Assembly (NCBI GenBank): GCA_944392315.1
Contig: CALXWH010000003.1
Span: forward strand, 22,909-86,908
DNA from: an uncultured Alphaproteobacteria bacterium
GTDB taxonomy: Bacteria; Pseudomonadota; Alphaproteobacteria; RF32; CAG-239
DNA length: 64,000 bases
Direction: 5' to 3'
In this document: positions 29,741 to 41,775 of the stretch, piece after piece
Layout: each line of letters opens with the position of its first letter
Position numbering within the stretch: the stretch's first letter is position 1
The notes under the pieces: generated by a model
What the model was told of the DNA's origin: nothing
What the model saw: only the letters and a program-made list of their open reading frames with translations
The model's database searches: none
Program-made: the position numbers and the translations under genes

Positions 29741-31921
29741 ATGGCTATCTACGGCGTTCTTCTTCCCTTGCCTTTTGATGATGTTTTTGATTATTCCGGC
29801 GACGACGGATTGGTCATCGGGCAAATGGTGGAAGTTTCGTTCGGTAGAGAAGATTTAGTCGGAGTTATTTGGAAAATCGGTCAAACTGCCAATATTGCTT
29901 TATCTAAAATCAAACCGATAAAATCTGTTATTAACTTGCCTAAATTGACGCAGCCGATGATGGTGTTTATTCAAAAGACCGCGCAATATAATCTTGCACC
30001 GCTCGGGCTTGTGCTCAAAATGGTTTTGGGGCTTAAAAGCAACCAATTACCCAAACAAAAAATTACGCTTTACGGATTGAATATCAAAAACGAGAATCTT
30101 GAAGGAATCCGAATTACGGAAACGAGAAAAGCCGTTTTTGATTTTTTAAGCAACGGATTTGAAGCAGAAAAAGAACAGATTGTTAATGCCACGGGCGCCA
30201 GTGATGCCGTGATTTCCGCTATGATTAAGCACGGCTTTTTGTATAAGAAAGAGGTTTTAGTCAACGAAGAGGCAGATGAACAAATTGTCAACTTAAGCAA
30301 ACCGACGCAGCTGACTTCTGAGCAACAAAGTGCCGCGGATATTTTGGTTCGGAAAGTGAATAACGGTTTTTCCGCCACTCTATTGGATGGTGTGACCGGA
30401 TCCGGTAAGACTGAAGTTTACTTTGAGGCTGTGGCGGCGGCGCTTGCACTCGGAAAACAAGTGTTGGTTTTGGTGCCGGAAATTTCTTTAACTTCACAAT
30501 GGCTCAGGCGCTTTGAGGTTCGTTTTGGCGTTACCCCTTTTATTTGGCATTCGGAAGTGGGCGTTAAGGATAAAGCCAAAACGTGGAAGGCCGTTGCGCT
30601 TAATAAAGCTAAAGTTGTGGTCGGGGCGCGTTCGGCACTCTTTTTGCCTTTTGCGGATTTGGGAATTATTGTTGTTGATGAAAGCCACGACCACTCGTTT
30701 AAACAAGAAAGTTTGGTTACATATCAGGGACGCGATATGGCCGTGCTTCGGGCGCATCTGGAAAAAATTCCGGTTATTCTTTCTACGGCAACGCCTGACC
30801 TTGAGACATTGGTTAATGTTGAAGAAGGAAAATATGATTGTGTTCGCTTAACAAAGCGTTTTGCTAAAGCGGTTCTGCCGGAAATCAAAATTATTGATCT
30901 CAAAAAAGATAAACCGCAAAAAGGACCTTGGGGAGTTTCTTTTTTGGCACCGACGCTCGTGGAAGAGCTTAATCACAATTTACAAAAAGGTGAACAGTCT
31001 ATGCTCTTTCTTAACCGACGGGGATATGCGCCGCTTCTTATTTGCAGAGATTGCGGACACCGAATCCAATGTCCGCATTGCACGGCTTGGCTTGCCGAAC
31101 ACAGAATTACGGGTGAGCTTATCTGTCATCATTGCGGGTTCAAGATGTTTACACCAAAGCGCTGTCCAGAATGCGGTTCGGAAGATGGGTTGACAGCTTG
31201 CGGACCAGGAGTTGAGCGAATCGCAGAAGAAGTTCGCAATCGTTTTCCGCAGGCGCGAACGGCTATCCTTTCCAGTGATATTACAACCAATTATAAGCAA
31301 ATTTCCGATGTTATTCACCGGACGGCTCAAAAAGAAGTGGATATTCTGATTGGAACGCAGATTTTAGCCAAAGGGCACAATTTTCCAGATTTAACTCTGG
31401 TGGGGGTTGTGGATGCGGACCTTGGTTTGCTCGGTACCGATTTACGTTCCAGCGAGCAAACGTTCCAACTTTTGGAGCAAGTTTCCGGTCGTGCCGGACG
31501 CGGCGAGAAAAAGGGGACGGTTTATTTGCAAACCCTCTATCCCGATAATTTGGTGTTGCAGGCAGTGATTGAACATGATCGTGATAAATTTGTGGAAATT
31601 GAAAAAAGCTCCAGAAGGCTCTTACATATGCCCCCGTATGGGAAATTGGCGGCGCTGATTGTTTCTTCCACCAACCAACAAGCGGCTGAAGCGGCGGCTT
31701 ATTACCTTGGTAAATGCGCACCAAACACCGAACTTATTGAAACACTCGGCCCGGCTCCGGCTCCGATGAATTTGCTCAGAGGACGGTATCGCTATCGTTT
31801 GCTCCTTAAAACGGCTCGCAACGTCAATATTCAAAACGTGCTTAAAAAATGGCTAGCTATGGTCAAAATTAAAAGTAATGTTCGGGTTGATGTTGATGTT
31901 AACCCCTACTCGTTTATGTGA
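29741..31921 (+). CDS. priA: Primosomal helicase PriA
   Basis: GVTGSGKTEVY, VDESHD, LNRRGY, four CxxC zinc motifs, QVSGRAGR. Confidence 0.97.
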   Translation: MAIYGVLLPLPFDDVFDYSGDDGLVIGQMVEVSFGREDLVGVIWKIGQTANIALSKIKPIKSVINLPKLTQPMMVFIQKTAQYNLAPLGLVLKMVLGLKSNQLPKQKITLYGLNIKNENLEGIRITETRKAVFDFLSNGFEAEKEQIVNATGASDAVISAMIKHGFLYKKEVLVNEEADEQIVNLSKPTQLTSEQQSAADILVRKVNNGFSATLLDGVTGSGKTEVYFEAVAAALALGKQVLVLVPEISLTSQWLRRFEVRFGVTPFIWHSEVGVKDKAKTWKAVALNKAKVVVGARSALFLPFADLGIIVVDESHDHSFKQESLVTYQGRDMAVLRAHLEKIPVILSTATPDLETLVNVEEGKYDCVRLTKRFAKAVLPEIKIIDLKKDKPQKGPWGVSFLAPTLVEELNHNLQKGEQSMLFLNRRGYAPLLICRDCGHRIQCPHCTAWLAEHRITGELICHHCGFKMFTPKRCPECGSEDGLTACGPGVERIAEEVRNRFPQARTAILSSDITTNYKQISDVIHRTAQKEVDILIGTQILAKGHNFPDLTLVGVVDADLGLLGTDLRSSEQTFQLLEQVSGRAGRGEKKGTVYLQTLYPDNLVLQAVIEHDRDKFVEIEKSSRRLLHMPPYGKLAALIVSSTNQQAAEAAAYYLGKCAPNTELIETLGPAPAPMNLLRGRYRYRLLLKTARNVNIQNVLKKWLAMVKIKSNVRVDVDVNPYSFM

Positions 31922-32026
31922 GCTCCTACGTTATTTATTTTCGTAATTCTTATTGACTTTACTTTCTAATATAACTACATTCGCTCGTAGAGTTTTTTAT
32001 TATTTTATGTTTAAATTTTTATCATT

Positions 32027-32695
32027 ATGAATGTTAAAGAATTATTGGGAGTAACGGATCTTCCGGCAGATGTTAAAATGCTGTATAGAGGTCTTATTAA
32101 AAAGAAAATTAACCTCAAAAACGGTTGGGTGGCCATTGTACTCAAAAACAATTTGGCTGTCTTTCTTAAAGACGGAGTTCAGATGATGTCTTTCGGAGCT
32201 GTTTGCGCAATTTTTAGTGCCGATGACGGAAAGTTTATGGTTATCAAAGAAAATAAGGAAAAAGCTATTTGGGATAAGGATGGGCTATGTTTAGCGCCTT
32301 TTTCCAAGGAAACAGAACTTTATCGTAACGGTTGGTACAGAAAAGAAAGTCATGGTGAATTGGCTTTGTTTGATGACCAAAATAACTGTCTGGGGCAACA
32401 CCTTAGAGAAACAAAAGTTTTTCGTAACGGTTCTTATTTTATGTCAGTCATAGACGCCAAAGACGGAGGCTTGGCCGGTGTTTATAACAAGCAAAGAGAA
32501 AAATTGCTTTTTACAAATACGAGGCGTATTTATATGCTGAACAACGGATGGTTTATTGCTGATGGCTGGTTGCACGATAACTTGGGTGAACCTTATATTC
32601 AGTATGGTCATCCTTACAAGCTCTCTCTTTTCTTGCTTATTTGCTTGGGCTCGCTGATGCCGTTCAGAAAACAGTGTTTGCCTAAAGCAAGTTGA
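32027..32695 (+). CDS. Hypothetical beta-repeat protein (solo gene)
   Basis: Repeated NG-aromatic units (LKNGWV, YRNGWY, FRNGSY, LNNGWF); own promoter and terminator 32722-32750. Confidence 0.6.
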   Translation: MNVKELLGVTDLPADVKMLYRGLIKKKINLKNGWVAIVLKNNLAVFLKDGVQMMSFGAVCAIFSADDGKFMVIKENKEKAIWDKDGLCLAPFSKETELYRNGWYRKESHGELALFDDQNNCLGQHLRETKVFRNGSYFMSVIDAKDGGLAGVYNKQREKLLFTNTRRIYMLNNGWFIADGWLHDNLGEPYIQYGHPYKLSLFLLICLGSLMPFRKQCLPKAS

Positions 32696-32904
32696 CTTTT
32701 GCATGAGGTTATGATGTTTTTAAGCCGATTTTTATAATCGGCTTTTTTTTGTTTTTCTTTTCCATACCTTTTTATGCAATTTCATGGTGAAAAAATGCGT
32801 TTAGTGGTGGAAATTTTAATTTAAAATAAGTAATTTTGTGGTAATTGCTGTTTAAGTGATTAGCTATATGCTATTTGCAAAAGCTTTTATTTAGGTAAAT
32901 ACAG

Positions 32905-33471
32905 ATGCAGAAATGTTCAAAATTTAAAATCGCAGCAAATTATGCCAACGCTTGGTTTGGCGCCGCTAAAGATAAAGGAATTGAAGATAAAGTATTTGAC
33001 GAAGTTCAATTGCTTAAAGACTCTTATGCGCAAGATAAAAAAACATGGAATTTACTGGCGGCTCCGATTGATGATGCGACTTTAAGACAAAACATTATAG
33101 AATCTTTGGCAAAAAAAATTAAGCTCTCTGATGTTTCTACCGAAACGCTCTTGATTACTGCCGAACACGGTCGTATTGCCTTGTTAGACTTTATTCTTGA
33201 TGAATTTATCAGGCTTTATTACCAAGATAAGGGAATTACCGAAGTTGTGGTGGAGACGGCGGTCAAACTCTCGGAAACTCAGGATAAAAAATTACGTTCC
33301 GTGTTAGAGGATAAACTTAATACCAAAGTTTTGCTTAAATATTTGATTGATCCTCAGGTGTTGGGCGGATTGAGAGTTCATTTTAATTCTTTTTTGATTG
33401 ATGATACGCTGCAGACAAAATTAAAACGTATTAAATTACTTTTAAGTAGCAACGGAGGAGATGTTAATTGA
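32905..33471 (+). CDS. atpH: F1 ATP synthase delta subunit
   Basis: A..YA.A, ETAVKLS, DPQVLGG, IDDTL; first gene of the atp cluster. Confidence 0.9.
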   Translation: MQKCSKFKIAANYANAWFGAAKDKGIEDKVFDEVQLLKDSYAQDKKTWNLLAAPIDDATLRQNIIESLAKKIKLSDVSTETLLITAEHGRIALLDFILDEFIRLYYQDKGITEVVVETAVKLSETQDKKLRSVLEDKLNTKVLLKYLIDPQVLGGLRVHFNSFLIDDTLQTKLKRIKLLLSSNGGDVN

Positions 33472-33510
33472 TGTTTTTTCAAATTTTTATGGTGAAGAAA
33501 GGAAACTGAT

Positions 33511-35067
33511 ATGGCTGTGAAAGCAGAAGAAATTTCCAATATTCTCAAAGAAAAAATTGAGCACTATAACTTTAATCCGGATATGGAAGAAGTTGGACGT
33601 GTTCTTTCTGTCGGTGACGGTATTGCAACCGTTTACGGATTGACAGGTGTTGAATATAATGAAATGGTTGAGTTTTCATCCGGTGTTAAGGGGATGGCTC
33701 TTAACTTGGGTGAAGACAGCGTCGGCGTGGTTATTTTTGGTTCCGATGCCGAAATTAAAGAAGGCGACACGGTTAAACGTACTAATAAAATTATCAGCGT
33801 GCCGGTTGGAAAAGAATTGCTTGGGCGTGTGGTTGATGCTTTGGGACAACCAATTGACGGATTGGGCTCAATTAAAGCTAAAGAATCAGCACACGTTGAA
33901 ACAAGAGCGCCGGGTATTATTGAGCGTCGCAGCGTGCATGAACCGGTGCAGACCGGACTTAAAATCATAGACTCGCTTATTCCTATCGGAAGAGGACAAC
34001 GTGAGTTGATTATCGGCGACAGACAAACCGGTAAAACTTCTATTATCGTTGATACAATCATCAACCAAAAATCCGTTAATGATGCAGCTAAAAATGATAA
34101 AGAAAAATTGTTCTGCATTTATGTTGCTATCGGGCAAAAGCGTTCTACCGTTGCTCAAGTGGTTAAAACGCTTAAAGATTACGGAGCGATGGATTATACG
34201 ATTGTTGTTGCGGCTACGGCTTCGGATGCGGCGCCTTTGCAATATATCGCACCTTATGCCGGATGCGCTATGGGTGAATATTTCCGTGATCGCGGTATGC
34301 ACGCCGTTATCTTTTATGACGACTTATCTAAACAAGCTACGGCTTATCGTCAGATGTCTTTGCTTTTGCGTCGTCCGCCTGGGCGTGAAGCTTATCCGGG
34401 TGATGTGTTCTATTTGCACTCAAGATTGCTGGAAAGAGCGGCTAAACTTGATGAAGCTCATGGCAGCGGTTCTTTGACGGCTTTGCCGGTTATTGAAACT
34501 CAAGCCGGAGATGTGTCTGCTTATATTCCGACTAACGTGATTTCTATTACGGACGGACAGATTTTCTTGGAAACAAGTTTGTTCTATCAGGGTATCAGAC
34601 CTGCCGTTAACGTTGGTATTTCCGTTAGCCGTGTTGGTTCGGCTGCCCAAGTTAAAGCCATGAAACAAGTGGCTGGTACCATGAAATTGGATTTGGCTCA
34701 ATATCGTGAAATGGCAGCTTTCTCTCAATTTTCTTCGGATTTGGATATTGCTACGAAAAAATTGTTGGAAAGAGGTGTGCGTTTGACGGAATTATTGAAA
34801 CAACCGGTTTACCATCCGTTCCCTGTTGAAGAGGAAGTGGTATCGTTGTTTGCCGGTGCACGCGGTTTCTTGGATGAAATTGAAGTTTCGCAAGTTAAAG
34901 AATTTGAGCAATTCATGCTTGAAACCATCAGACGCGAAAAGAGTAGTCTCTTGAAGGAAATTCGTGAGCAAAAAGTTCTTTCGGAAGAATTGGAAAAATC
35001 GCTTGCGGACTTTATGAAACAAACTCTTGAGGCTTTTAAGAAAAAAACGGCTCAAGCAGCAGCTTAA
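33511..35067 (+). CDS. atpA: F1 ATP synthase alpha subunit
   Basis: [30 protein letters not shown]. Confidence 0.99.
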   Translation: MAVKAEEISNILKEKIEHYNFNPDMEEVGRVLSVGDGIATVYGLTGVEYNEMVEFSSGVKGMALNLGEDSVGVVIFGSDAEIKEGDTVKRTNKIISVPVGKELLGRVVDALGQPIDGLGSIKAKESAHVETRAPGIIERRSVHEPVQTGLKIIDSLIPIGRGQRELIIGDRQTGKTSIIVDTIINQKSVNDAAKNDKEKLFCIYVAIGQKRSTVAQVVKTLKDYGAMDYTIVVAATASDAAPLQYIAPYAGCAMGEYFRDRGMHAVIFYDDLSKQATAYRQMSLLLRRPPGREAYPGDVFYLHSRLLERAAKLDEAHGSGSLTALPVIETQAGDVSAYIPTNVISITDGQIFLETSLFYQGIRPAVNVGISVSRVGSAAQVKAMKQVAGTMKLDLAQYREMAAFSQFSSDLDIATKKLLERGVRLTELLKQPVYHPFPVEEEVVSLFAGARGFLDEIEVSQVKEFEQFMLETIRREKSSLLKEIREQKVLSEELEKSLADFMKQTLEAFKKKTAQAAA

Positions 35068-35074
35068 TGTTATG

Positions 35075-35110
35075 TCGTCGGGAATAGAGCTTCGGCTTTA
35101 TTCTCGGCGA
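35075..35110 (+). promoter_or_regulatory. Intercistronic 16-bp stem with C(UUCG)G tetraloop
   Basis: TCGTCGGGAATAGAGC-TTCG-GCTTTATTCTCGGCGA, no U tract. Confidence 0.7.
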
Positions 35111-35158
35111 GAAAATTTGATGCATGATTTGATGCATAAAAAGAAAGGATTGTAAAAT

Positions 35159-36073
35159 ATGGCAGGCTTAAAAGAACTCCGTACCCGGATTGAAAGTATT
35201 AAGTCTACACAAAAAATTACTTCCGCGATGAAAATGGTGGCAGCATCTAAATTTCGTCGTGCTCAGCTGACTTTGGATAAAAGTGAGCTCTTTCAGGCTA
35301 TGCTGATTAAGCAGATTAAAAATGTTCTCTGTGAACTTAAATCTGAAGAGCAAGAAAAAGGCATTTCTTTTCTTTTGCCGGCAACGCTGGTACAGCCCAA
35401 AAATCCGCAGACCTATGTGCTGTTTGTTTTGTCTTCGGACAGAGGCTTGTGCGGTAGCTATAACTCGCAAATTGCCAAAGAAGCTAAAAAGCGCATTCAA
35501 GAGTTAAAGCAAAACGGCAAAAAGGTTTTTGTCTTTTGTTATGGTAAAAAAGGAAGTTCAGCCTTGAAGCGCATGGGGTGCGAGGATATTGTTCAGACGT
35601 ATCCGAATGTTATCAAAAAGCATTTGACATATGAAGAAGCCCTTTCCTTTTTGCACGATGTTTGGGATACAAAAGAGCAGTATCATGCGGACGTTTGTGA
35701 AATTGTTTACAGCGACTTTTTATCCGGCTTAACGCGGACGCTTGTTTCTAAGCAAGTCTTTCCGTTTGATATTGTTTTAGATGAAAATGATGTCGGGCTT
35801 AATCGGGTCGGTAATGCCTATTATGGATATTTGCCGGATAAATTGGAATTGCTGAAAAGACTTTCTAATCTCTATATGCGCACGGCTATGTTTGAAATTT
35901 TGATTAACTCTCAAGCATCAGAGCATGCGGCGCGAATGAGCTCTATGGATAATGCTAATCGTAACGCGCGTGATATGATTAGCTCTCTTACCTTTAAATA
36001 CAACACCCTCAGACAATCGGCGATTACAACCGAACTTACCGAAATTGTTGCCGGTGCCGAGGCGATGTCTTAA
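35159..36073 (+). CDS. atpG: F1 ATP synthase gamma subunit
   Basis: KITSAMKMVAA, SDRGLCG, RQSAITTEL. Confidence 0.97.
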   Translation: MAGLKELRTRIESIKSTQKITSAMKMVAASKFRRAQLTLDKSELFQAMLIKQIKNVLCELKSEEQEKGISFLLPATLVQPKNPQTYVLFVLSSDRGLCGSYNSQIAKEAKKRIQELKQNGKKVFVFCYGKKGSSALKRMGCEDIVQTYPNVIKKHLTYEEALSFLHDVWDTKEQYHADVCEIVYSDFLSGLTRTLVSKQVFPFDIVLDENDVGLNRVGNAYYGYLPDKLELLKRLSNLYMRTAMFEILINSQASEHAARMSSMDNANRNARDMISSLTFKYNTLRQSAITTELTEIVAGAEAMS

Positions 36074-36096
36074 CCTTTGCTGATGACTTGTTTTGA

Positions 36097-37656
<1,560 letters not shown>

Positions 37657-37658
37657 TC

Positions 37659-38027
37659 ATGGCTTTGGATATTCAACTTAAAATCTATATGCCGGAAAAG
37701 TTGGTGCTTGACACGAAGGTGCATCGGGTGGTTTTGCCCGCGCGCGATATGCCGCTCACGGTTATCAAAGGCCGGGCACCGACGCTTTTGGCTCTCGGGA
37801 TGGGACTTTTGCAAATTCTTGATGAAACAAACCATGTGATTGATGAGTGGTTGCTTTCTGTCGGCTCGGCCGATATTAAAGAAGATACTTGCACGGTCTT
37901 GACCGAATCTGCTTTTCATAAAAAAGATTTAAATCTGGACGTGGTTAAGCAGATGTATGCCGATTTTGAAAATCCTTATTATAAATGGCTCGTTGATTAT
38001 TTTGAAAGAGATGCTAAGAAAAAGTAA
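37659..38027 (+). CDS. atpC: F1 ATP synthase epsilon subunit, divergent
   Basis: Follows atpD; N-terminal beta-sandwich pattern (L.I..PEK, V.LP, AP.L..L..G). Confidence 0.7.
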   Translation: MALDIQLKIYMPEKLVLDTKVHRVVLPARDMPLTVIKGRAPTLLALGMGLLQILDETNHVIDEWLLSVGSADIKEDTCTVLTESAFHKKDLNLDVVKQMYADFENPYYKWLVDYFERDAKKK

Positions 38028-38046
38028 TTTTCCTTTAAGCCTTTTG

Positions 38047-38078
38047 TGCCGTTCTTATTTCTTGGGGCGGCTTTTTTA
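38047..38078 (+). terminator. atp operon terminator
   Basis: GCCGTTC...GGGCGGC followed by T tract. Confidence 0.65.
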
Positions 38079-38190
38079 TTTTCTCAAGGTGGGCTTCTTA
38101 TGAGCCTTTGTTTTTGTGTAAAATTGTTTGATGGGGTTGACCTCGGTTTGTTATTTGTTTACGCTAAATTTAATTTTAGGGAGGATTGAG

Positions 38191-39699
38191 GTGAGCGTGT
38201 TTTTATTTATCAAAGAACAATTTGCAAAATTTCAGGTCAAAGCGTGGAGTTTAATTATTCTGACAGCCCTACTCTATGGCAGTTTGCTTAATAACATCAA
38301 CCTTTGGACAGATGAAATCTATTCGGTTTTGATGGCCAATGACAACCTTAAGGATATGTTTTATCTGCTAATGACCGAAGATTCCAAACCGCCGCTTTAT
38401 TATTTATATCTGAAGTTTGTGCTCTTTTTCTTCCCGAAATCTTATGAAATTTTGGGTGCGCATTTTGCCTCTTATATTTTGCTTGTTGCGGCGCAAATTT
38501 TTGCTGCAACGGAAATGCGGCGTGATTATGGCGATAAAGTCGCACTCTGGATGATGGGGCTTATTCTGCTGATGCCGCACTCCTTATGGTTGGCTTTTGA
38601 AGTGCGAACCTATATGCTGTCGGCGCTCTTGATGTTGATGGCGCTTGTTTATGGATGTCGCCTTCTTAACAAGCCTACTAATCTTGATTTTATAAAATTT
38701 ACCATTGCATCTTTGTTAGCGCTTTATACACACTACTATTGCGCGATTTGGCTGATGTTTCTGTATGGAGCTTTAGGCGTATTTCTTATTCGTCAAAAAA
38801 ATTATGCAGTCTTAAAGAAATTTCTTTATGTGGCGGTTATAGTTGCAGTGTTCTTTGCGCCATGGATTTTAGTACCATTGCAAACTGCCGGTACGATTAG
38901 CCAATCTTGGTATGTCTCAATGGATTTTGTTAAAACAAGCGGACAGTTTTTCACAAACCCGTTATCCGGAGAAATGGTGCAATCTATCTATTTTGCTTTT
39001 GAGATTTTATCGGCTTCTGCTCTTAGTTTTTGTGTTGTATCCGGTGCTTTATCCGGAGCTGATTTGCGGCAAAAATCTCCACGTTTATATCAGCTTTTAA
39101 TACTCGCCTTTTTTAGCGTAATGGCAGCTTGTATCTTGCTCCTTATTCTTTCAGTTGTCATCAGACCGATGGTTACTACTCGTTATATGCTGATTTTTTC
39201 GCTTATATGGATGGCGGGTGGAGCTATTGTTTTAGTTACGCGACCTTTTTTACAACGAGGCTTTTTCATCCTTGCGTTATTAGGTTTTTGTGTTTCTTAT
39301 GACGATATTCGTGCCGCTTCATTTGATAAAGGGTATTCTAATCTTGCTCACGATATTCGCATGTTTGTCCCTAAATGGATGCCTATTGTTGCTATGGATA
39401 ACAATAATTTATTCTGTGAATATTACTTGCCAGAATATAAATGCTTGGTTGTTGTTGGCGAAAAAGGTGAAATTTTACGACTTCCTTCGGTTCTCAAAAA
39501 CGTCCCCTTGTATTCTCAAGAATTGCCTCCTGTTGTTTTTGCCTTATCCTCTTATACGCAATTGTCTAAAAAATATGAGTGTCTTAAATTTGATACTTTT
39601 TACAGAAAAAGTTTTGGTATTGACCTTTGTAAAATCAACGCGGATGACGCTCATTTATTGTTGCAAAATAGCCTAAAATTACGTTTGAACAAGTATTAA
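38191..39699 (+). CDS. GT-C fold (PMT/ArnT-like) membrane glycosyltransferase
   Basis: LWTDEIYS, D.KPPLYY, EVRTY, LYTHYY; many TM helices; GTG start after GGAGG. Confidence 0.8.
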   Translation: MSVFLFIKEQFAKFQVKAWSLIILTALLYGSLLNNINLWTDEIYSVLMANDNLKDMFYLLMTEDSKPPLYYLYLKFVLFFFPKSYEILGAHFASYILLVAAQIFAATEMRRDYGDKVALWMMGLILLMPHSLWLAFEVRTYMLSALLMLMALVYGCRLLNKPTNLDFIKFTIASLLALYTHYYCAIWLMFLYGALGVFLIRQKNYAVLKKFLYVAVIVAVFFAPWILVPLQTAGTISQSWYVSMDFVKTSGQFFTNPLSGEMVQSIYFAFEILSASALSFCVVSGALSGADLRQKSPRLYQLLILAFFSVMAACILLLILSVVIRPMVTTRYMLIFSLIWMAGGAIVLVTRPFLQRGFFILALLGFCVSYDDIRAASFDKGYSNLAHDIRMFVPKWMPIVAMDNNNLFCEYYLPEYKCLVVVGEKGEILRLPSVLKNVPLYSQELPPVVFALSSYTQLSKKYECLKFDTFYRKSFGIDLCKINADDAHLLLQNSLKLRLNKY

Positions 39700-39772
39700 A
39701 CTCGTTGACTCTATAATTTTACACGCTATACTCTAAGAAAGTTTTGTATTTTAATAAAATAAAAGAGGCGTC

Positions 39773-40630
39773 ATGGTCGGAAAAAGTAAAAAACCTCAGG
39801 TGGCTGCCATCGGAGAAGTTGTTTTTGATATTATGCCGGATAGCCGAAAATTAGGCGGAGCACCGGCTGATTTTTTACATTATGCCGTTAAATATGGAGC
39901 GCGCGGACACCTTATCAGTGCTATCGGGGCTGATGATTTGGGCAGAGAAGTTGTTACGGAACTTAATAAATTTGAAATTACTCCTGTGCTTGCTATTACT
40001 CCTTATCCGACAGGTCGGGTAATTATCTTTAAAAACTCTAATGGTTCTCTTACCGCTCATATTCTTGAAAATGCCGCGTGGGATTATATTCCTTTTACCG
40101 AAGATGCTGAAAATTGTATTAAAAATGTTGATGCCGTTTACTTTGGTACGCTTGCTCTCAGAAAAGCTTATTCTAAAGGAACTATCTTGGACTTAATCGG
40201 CTCTGCCCCTCAAAATGCTTTTAAATTCTTTGATATCAATTTGAGGCAAGATTACTATGATAAAGCCACTATTCTGAAATTGTTGGATTTGGCTGATATT
40301 CTGAAACTTAATATGAATGAATTGAAAATTTTGAAATCTATTCTTAAACTTTCCGGTTCTCTGGAAGAAATGTGTGATTTCATCAAAAATCAATATCAGC
40401 TTAAATACCTTATCTTAACAGATACTGCAAAAGAAAGCCGCATCTTTGGGGATACGTTAACGTATGTTAAAAATGATGGTATTCGGCAGACCTTTGCTTA
40501 TGGGGCGGGAAATGCTTTCTCGGGGGCTTTTATTGCTTCTATTCTTAAAGGACTTTCTCAGCAAGAAGCTCATGAAATTGCCAACCATGCGGCTGTTGAA
40601 GTGTGTAGAGCCTCTTGTAAATGTTCTTAA
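39773..40630 (+). CDS. PfkB family carbohydrate-kinase-like protein (catalytic Asp replaced)
   Basis: IGEVVFD, GGAPA, IGADDLG, FDINLR; C-terminal GAGNAF instead of GAGDxF. Confidence 0.8.
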   Translation: MVGKSKKPQVAAIGEVVFDIMPDSRKLGGAPADFLHYAVKYGARGHLISAIGADDLGREVVTELNKFEITPVLAITPYPTGRVIIFKNSNGSLTAHILENAAWDYIPFTEDAENCIKNVDAVYFGTLALRKAYSKGTILDLIGSAPQNAFKFFDINLRQDYYDKATILKLLDLADILKLNMNELKILKSILKLSGSLEEMCDFIKNQYQLKYLILTDTAKESRIFGDTLTYVKNDGIRQTFAYGAGNAFSGAFIASILKGLSQQEAHEIANHAAVEVCRASCKCS

Positions 40631-40662
40631 ACTAATTATTTTATTAGAAAAAAGATTCTGAA

Positions 40663-41775
40663 ATGTCGGTAGATGTTAAACATAGTAATCAGGAACTTTA
40701 TTTAGTCTTCAACGAAGATGATAAATCAGTTGAAGATGATACTTCTATGCAAGATATTGCCGAGTGGAAAAATCGCGGCGGTAAACAAGTTTTTTTTAAG
40801 TTAGCCAAAGATGGAGTTCCCTATTCTTCTCAGATAGCTGCACAAATTTTCGGATGGGCTAAAAAACTTAAAACTCTTGGCCTTGATGCTAATCTTTCGC
40901 AGTTACCCAAAAACTTGCAAGAGATGCTTAATCTTGCTCTAAAGGTGGAAAACACGCCGCCGAAAGACAATAGAAACTCACTTCCTCTGCTTGAAAAAAT
41001 TGGGAAAAAGAGCCTAATTGTTTTTGAAAAAATTAAATCGGCTTGTCTTTTCATTCATGAAGTAAACTTATCGCTTTTGCGCTTCTTTACCGGGCGGGCT
41101 ATTTGGCGGAAAAATGACTTTTTATTTATTTTTGCCGATTGTAGTTACAAAGCGGTCGGTATTATTTCTTTGGTTAGCTTTTTAGTTGGACTTATTTTGG
41201 CCTTTGTCGGCGCTCTGCAACTGCGAACTTTTGGTGCGGGAATTTATGTTGCCAGCATGGTTTCTATCGGTATGACAAGAATTATGGCGGCGATTATGGT
41301 CGGAATTATTATGGCCGGCCGGACGGGCTCTTCTTACGCGGCAACACTCGGAACCATGCAGGTTAATGAAGAAATTGATGCGCTTAAAACGTTAGGTATT
41401 AAAATCTCTGATTATCTTATTACGCCGCGATTGGTTTCGCTGGTCTTTACTATCCCGTTTTTGACAATGTTGGCGGATGTTTTGGGAATTTTCGGCGGAG
41501 CTGTTGTGGGTGTTGCTTTTTTGGATATTTCTTCATCCTCTTATTTTGATTATGCGATTAAGGCGTTGAGTTTGAGAAATATTCTTGTGGGGCTGTTGCA
41601 TAGCGTCATTTACGGCATTATTATTTCTTTATGCGGATGCTATGAAGGGCTTAATGCCGGACGGGATGCCGACAGCGTTGGTAAAGCAACGACCGGGGCG
41701 GTTGTTACGGCCTTAGTTTGGATGATTGTCGCAACCGGTATTTTGACTGTTCTCTTGGAGGTGGCTGGAATATGA
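40663..41775 (+). CDS. mlaE: MlaE-family ABC permease with N-terminal STAS-like domain
   Basis: AGRTGS, GTMQVNEEIDAL, SVGKATT. Confidence 0.88.
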   Translation: MSVDVKHSNQELYLVFNEDDKSVEDDTSMQDIAEWKNRGGKQVFFKLAKDGVPYSSQIAAQIFGWAKKLKTLGLDANLSQLPKNLQEMLNLALKVENTPPKDNRNSLPLLEKIGKKSLIVFEKIKSACLFIHEVNLSLLRFFTGRAIWRKNDFLFIFADCSYKAVGIISLVSFLVGLILAFVGALQLRTFGAGIYVASMVSIGMTRIMAAIMVGIIMAGRTGSSYAATLGTMQVNEEIDALKTLGIKISDYLITPRLVSLVFTIPFLTMLADVLGIFGGAVVGVAFLDISSSSYFDYAIKALSLRNILVGLLHSVIYGIIISLCGCYEGLNAGRDADSVGKATTGAVVTALVWMIVATGILTVLLEVAGI

